NCBI GenBank assembly: GCA_964106915.2 | Contig: OZ066915.1 | Strand: one strand, 5' to 3' | Origin: Podarcis gaigeae | Lineage: Eukaryota | DNA: 64,000 bases | Part shown: positions 61,077-64,000 of the stretch, piece by piece | How the letters are laid out: the number at the start of each line of letters is the position of its first letter | Position numbering within the stretch: position 1 is the stretch's first letter | Program-made: the position numbers and the translations under genes | The notes under the pieces: model-generated | What the model saw: the letters and a program-made list of their open reading frames with translations, nothing else | What the model was told of the DNA's origin: nothing | The model's database searches: none

Positions 61077-63628
61077 TTTCCCAAGTGCAAAGCGCAGTAC
61101 TATCAAAGCTGTCTTCTGCAGGGATCAGCTGTACCATTGAGCACCCCATGGCTTGTCAGGTTGCCCAGACTGACAAACTGAAGTTATTCAACATAACAAA
61201 CTGCGGCTATCCAAGAGTAGAAGCTAAAGCTTGCAGACTTTTGGTCACACAGAAGGAAAGAGGAAGGAGTCAGCCTGGAAGAAGGCTAGCTTTGTTCACA
61301 TCTTGCTAAACCAAAATTCAGTGTGATGTCTGAATGCAGCCTATATGATTGAGGCTCACCATCCCACCAATTGCTAACTACAGGCTAATCACCTGTTTGG
61401 AATTATAATTTCTTTTTAAAAAAGAAACTTCCTTATATAATGCTTCATTGCACCAGAAGACTCATGTGTACGTATGTCTGCGTATGTATGGCTTCTGATT
61501 CAAAGTTTCACTGTAGTCTGAGTCTGAGGCTTAGAAGTTAAAATATTCTCCGCAGAAGAAATCTGGAGAAACCTCAATCAAACACTCTCTTTCTTAGGTA
61601 TTACTACATTAAACACGCTTAGCTTTGTGACATTTCTGCAGATCAATAACCAGGCATTTTGACAACAGAAATGCAAGCTGTTCTCAAACCAACTTGATAC
61701 TATTTCACAAGCTACCGTTCCTGCGCCCTGTTCGCCTTCATTGTTGCAGCTAGCAAGTAAAGAGATGTCAGTCTTGCTAGTAACTGCACCAATTGAGCCC
61801 ACAACTTGGTCAGCTGGGTGCCTTTGTATGGATCACAGTATTCACACTAAGGGGCATTTAAGCGTGATTCCATGTTTTGAAGGTACCAGCTCATGTCTCA
61901 GCACAACAAAAGAGGAAGGATGTTCAACATTCTTATTTACTTTTCCTGATTCGTAGGCATGCTCCCACAATATCTGCAGGGAGCCTGTCTATTTCTGCTT
62001 TATGGTATGATAGATGAAGTGTCTCAAAACACATGTCCATTTTGTGTTTTTAATAGGATGCATAATGACTTGGACTGGGAAATTATTCCCCTCAGAGGAG
62101 CTTGTGCACATAACTCACATGCACCAGTGACTCTGCCAGTTATAAAACACCTTCTACTATTGATTGAGACAAAGCAGCATTTGGGAAATGTGTAATTAAA
62201 CAAAGTCTAATACAGCTATGAAGCCACATCTCAGAAACAAAGTGTTCATAAGGGTTTGCGGGGGGAGAGAGATGATTTAAAAAAGCCATGAGAACTCAAG
62301 GATAGCTGAGGAACACAAATATACACAGGACAAAATACATTTCAGGTCTGAATTACAAAAGAGGAGCAGTCAGCATAAAAATCTACTACTACTAGAATAC
62401 TTCTGTAGAATCCATTAACTTAAGACAGGGTTTATAAATTAAACATTGTTCTAGCAGGATATTCCTTTCAAGCTCTCCTCCAAATCCTAAATACAGAGCA
62501 GAACAATTCACAAAGCTATTTCTGAGGAGGGTTAAATTCCGCTTCACATACTACCAATGTACATGTGTTGAAAGTCTCCCCTGTCTGCAGTAGTAAGATC
62601 AGGGCTTCTAACATGGTTTTCAGTGCTAGTCTTAAAACCACAGTCTTTTCACATAAAAATCTGGTACTCCTGGTGTTCCTCCCCTCCAAGTTTTGTTGGT
62701 TTCAGCTGCCTCAGACTGCAATCTTAAACACACTGACCTAGGAATAAATCCCACTGAACTCAATGGAGCCTGCTTCTGAGTCGATATGCATAGGATTGCG
62801 CTTTAATTTACGAAGGAGGAAAAGGACTTACTGACATTGCTATTACTAAACCGTTTGGTGTCAACCACAAATCATTTGGTGAGATCACAGATCCTTTTCA
62901 AACTTGTGCCAACTCCTGAGGTAGATTCTACCACATGGTAAAACGTAGACCAAAATGAAAAAAGTTTTCATCACATTGAAAGGAAACATATGAATTGATC
63001 TTGACCTGCTTACAAGTTCAAAATATTTTGTGAAATTTATACAGTACAGGAAGAGTTTTAATGATGATTAGAAAAAATGATGTATTGCAAGATGTAACCC
63101 TCTCAAGCAATCCTCGGAGAAGCTATTTTAACTAAGACTTTAATTAAAGTATTTGAATTAAAGTATTCCAGCTGAGGCCAGAAGAGGCACATTACATATT
63201 ACACAACTTATTTTAAAAGGACCAGTTGTTTACTCCACTTACTGCAAAACTCAGCAAGTATCTGTTTTGCAGCAAGTATCGCATGCTTTGATCACCTGCA
63301 CTTGACATACCATCATCAGTTACATTATTGTTTCTTAATTGTTTCATAATTATGTTCATATTCACAAAAGCCCTATGATGCCAGCCACTATTGGTTCCAT
63401 TTTATAGTCAAGAGGTGGTAATGTAGCTATGGCTATTTAGTTTTATTTTTAAGTATGCACTCATCTGGAATTTGAATATTAAATATAATGGTCACAACAC
63501 TAGATGCAGCCAGGAACTAATCTGATGTAATTCTACTAAGATGCCTTGACTGATTTAATTGTGAACTTTGGATAAATATCAAAATGTGAAACTATTAGGA
63601 TTTATTGAAATTACTAATTTTTGGAATA

Positions 63629-63952
63629 AAAAGGTAAAGGGACCCCTGACCATTAGGTCCAGTCATGGCCGACTCTGGGGTTGCGGCGCTCTTCTCGCTT
63701 TACTGGCTGAGGGAGCCGGCGTACAGCTTCCGGGTCATGTGGCCAGCATGACTAAGCTGCTTCTGGTGAACCAGAGCAGTGCACAGAAATGCCGTATACC
63801 TTCCCGCCGGAGCGGTACCTATTTATCTACTTGCACTTTGATGTGCTTTCGAACTGCGAGGTTGGCAGGAGCTGGGACCAAGCAACGGGAGCTCACCCCG
63901 TCGCGGGGATTCGAACCGCCGACCTTCTGATTGACAGCGCCACCCGCATCCC
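63629..63952 (-). mobile_element. Sauria SINE (Squam1-like) with a short internal deletion in the head
   Basis: Reverse complement of the 59364 copy; 10-bp TSD TTTTGGAATA (63619-63628, 63958-63967). Confidence 0.93.
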
Positions 63953-64000
63953 ATATCTTTTGGAATACTGAGTTTATAAATAAAAACAGTGACACCCACA

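Noticed and set aside
1-64000. CRISPR arrays, operons or other prokaryotic systems
   Set aside because: The sequence is intron-rich vertebrate DNA; the repeats are dispersed transposons or microsatellites, not regularly spaced repeat-spacer arrays.

Overview
Eukaryotic (vertebrate) genomic DNA, almost certainly a squamate and probably a lacertid lizard, judged from several Sauria/Squam-type SINEs. It holds the 3' parts of two convergent multi-exon genes. SLC6A6 (taurine transporter TauT) is on the + strand: 10 visible coding exons from 1434 to the stop at 22405, one obligatory ~125-nt exon missing at the N-gap 8932-9063, a GC-AG intron, and an inferred ~6.7-kb 3'UTR to an AATAAA at 29099. GRIP2/ABP (multi-PDZ AMPA-receptor scaffold) is on the - strand: 10 coding exons from 57640 to the stop at 35636, covering the end of PDZ5, PDZ6, the linker and PDZ7, with a 3'UTR to about 33340. 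I walked all exon junctions by hand and the phases are consistent, except across the missing exon. Introns contain SINEs, degraded CR1 and L2 LINE fragments, many hAT and Tc-mariner MITEs with readable target-site duplications (TSDs), and microsatellites. There are no prokaryotic features, CRISPR arrays, rRNA or true tRNA genes, and nearly all short ORFs in the track are spurious. The most interesting signal is a cluster of extra 3' splice sites in the GRIP2 intron upstream of the 42478-42598 exon. Two of them, joined in phase to the upstream exon, end the protein before PDZ7 with class I PDZ-binding C-termini (-SVSQI* and -GITTPV*). This suggests unannotated short 'scaffold-with-its-own-ligand' isoforms or poison exons; it is inference and needs RNA evidence.
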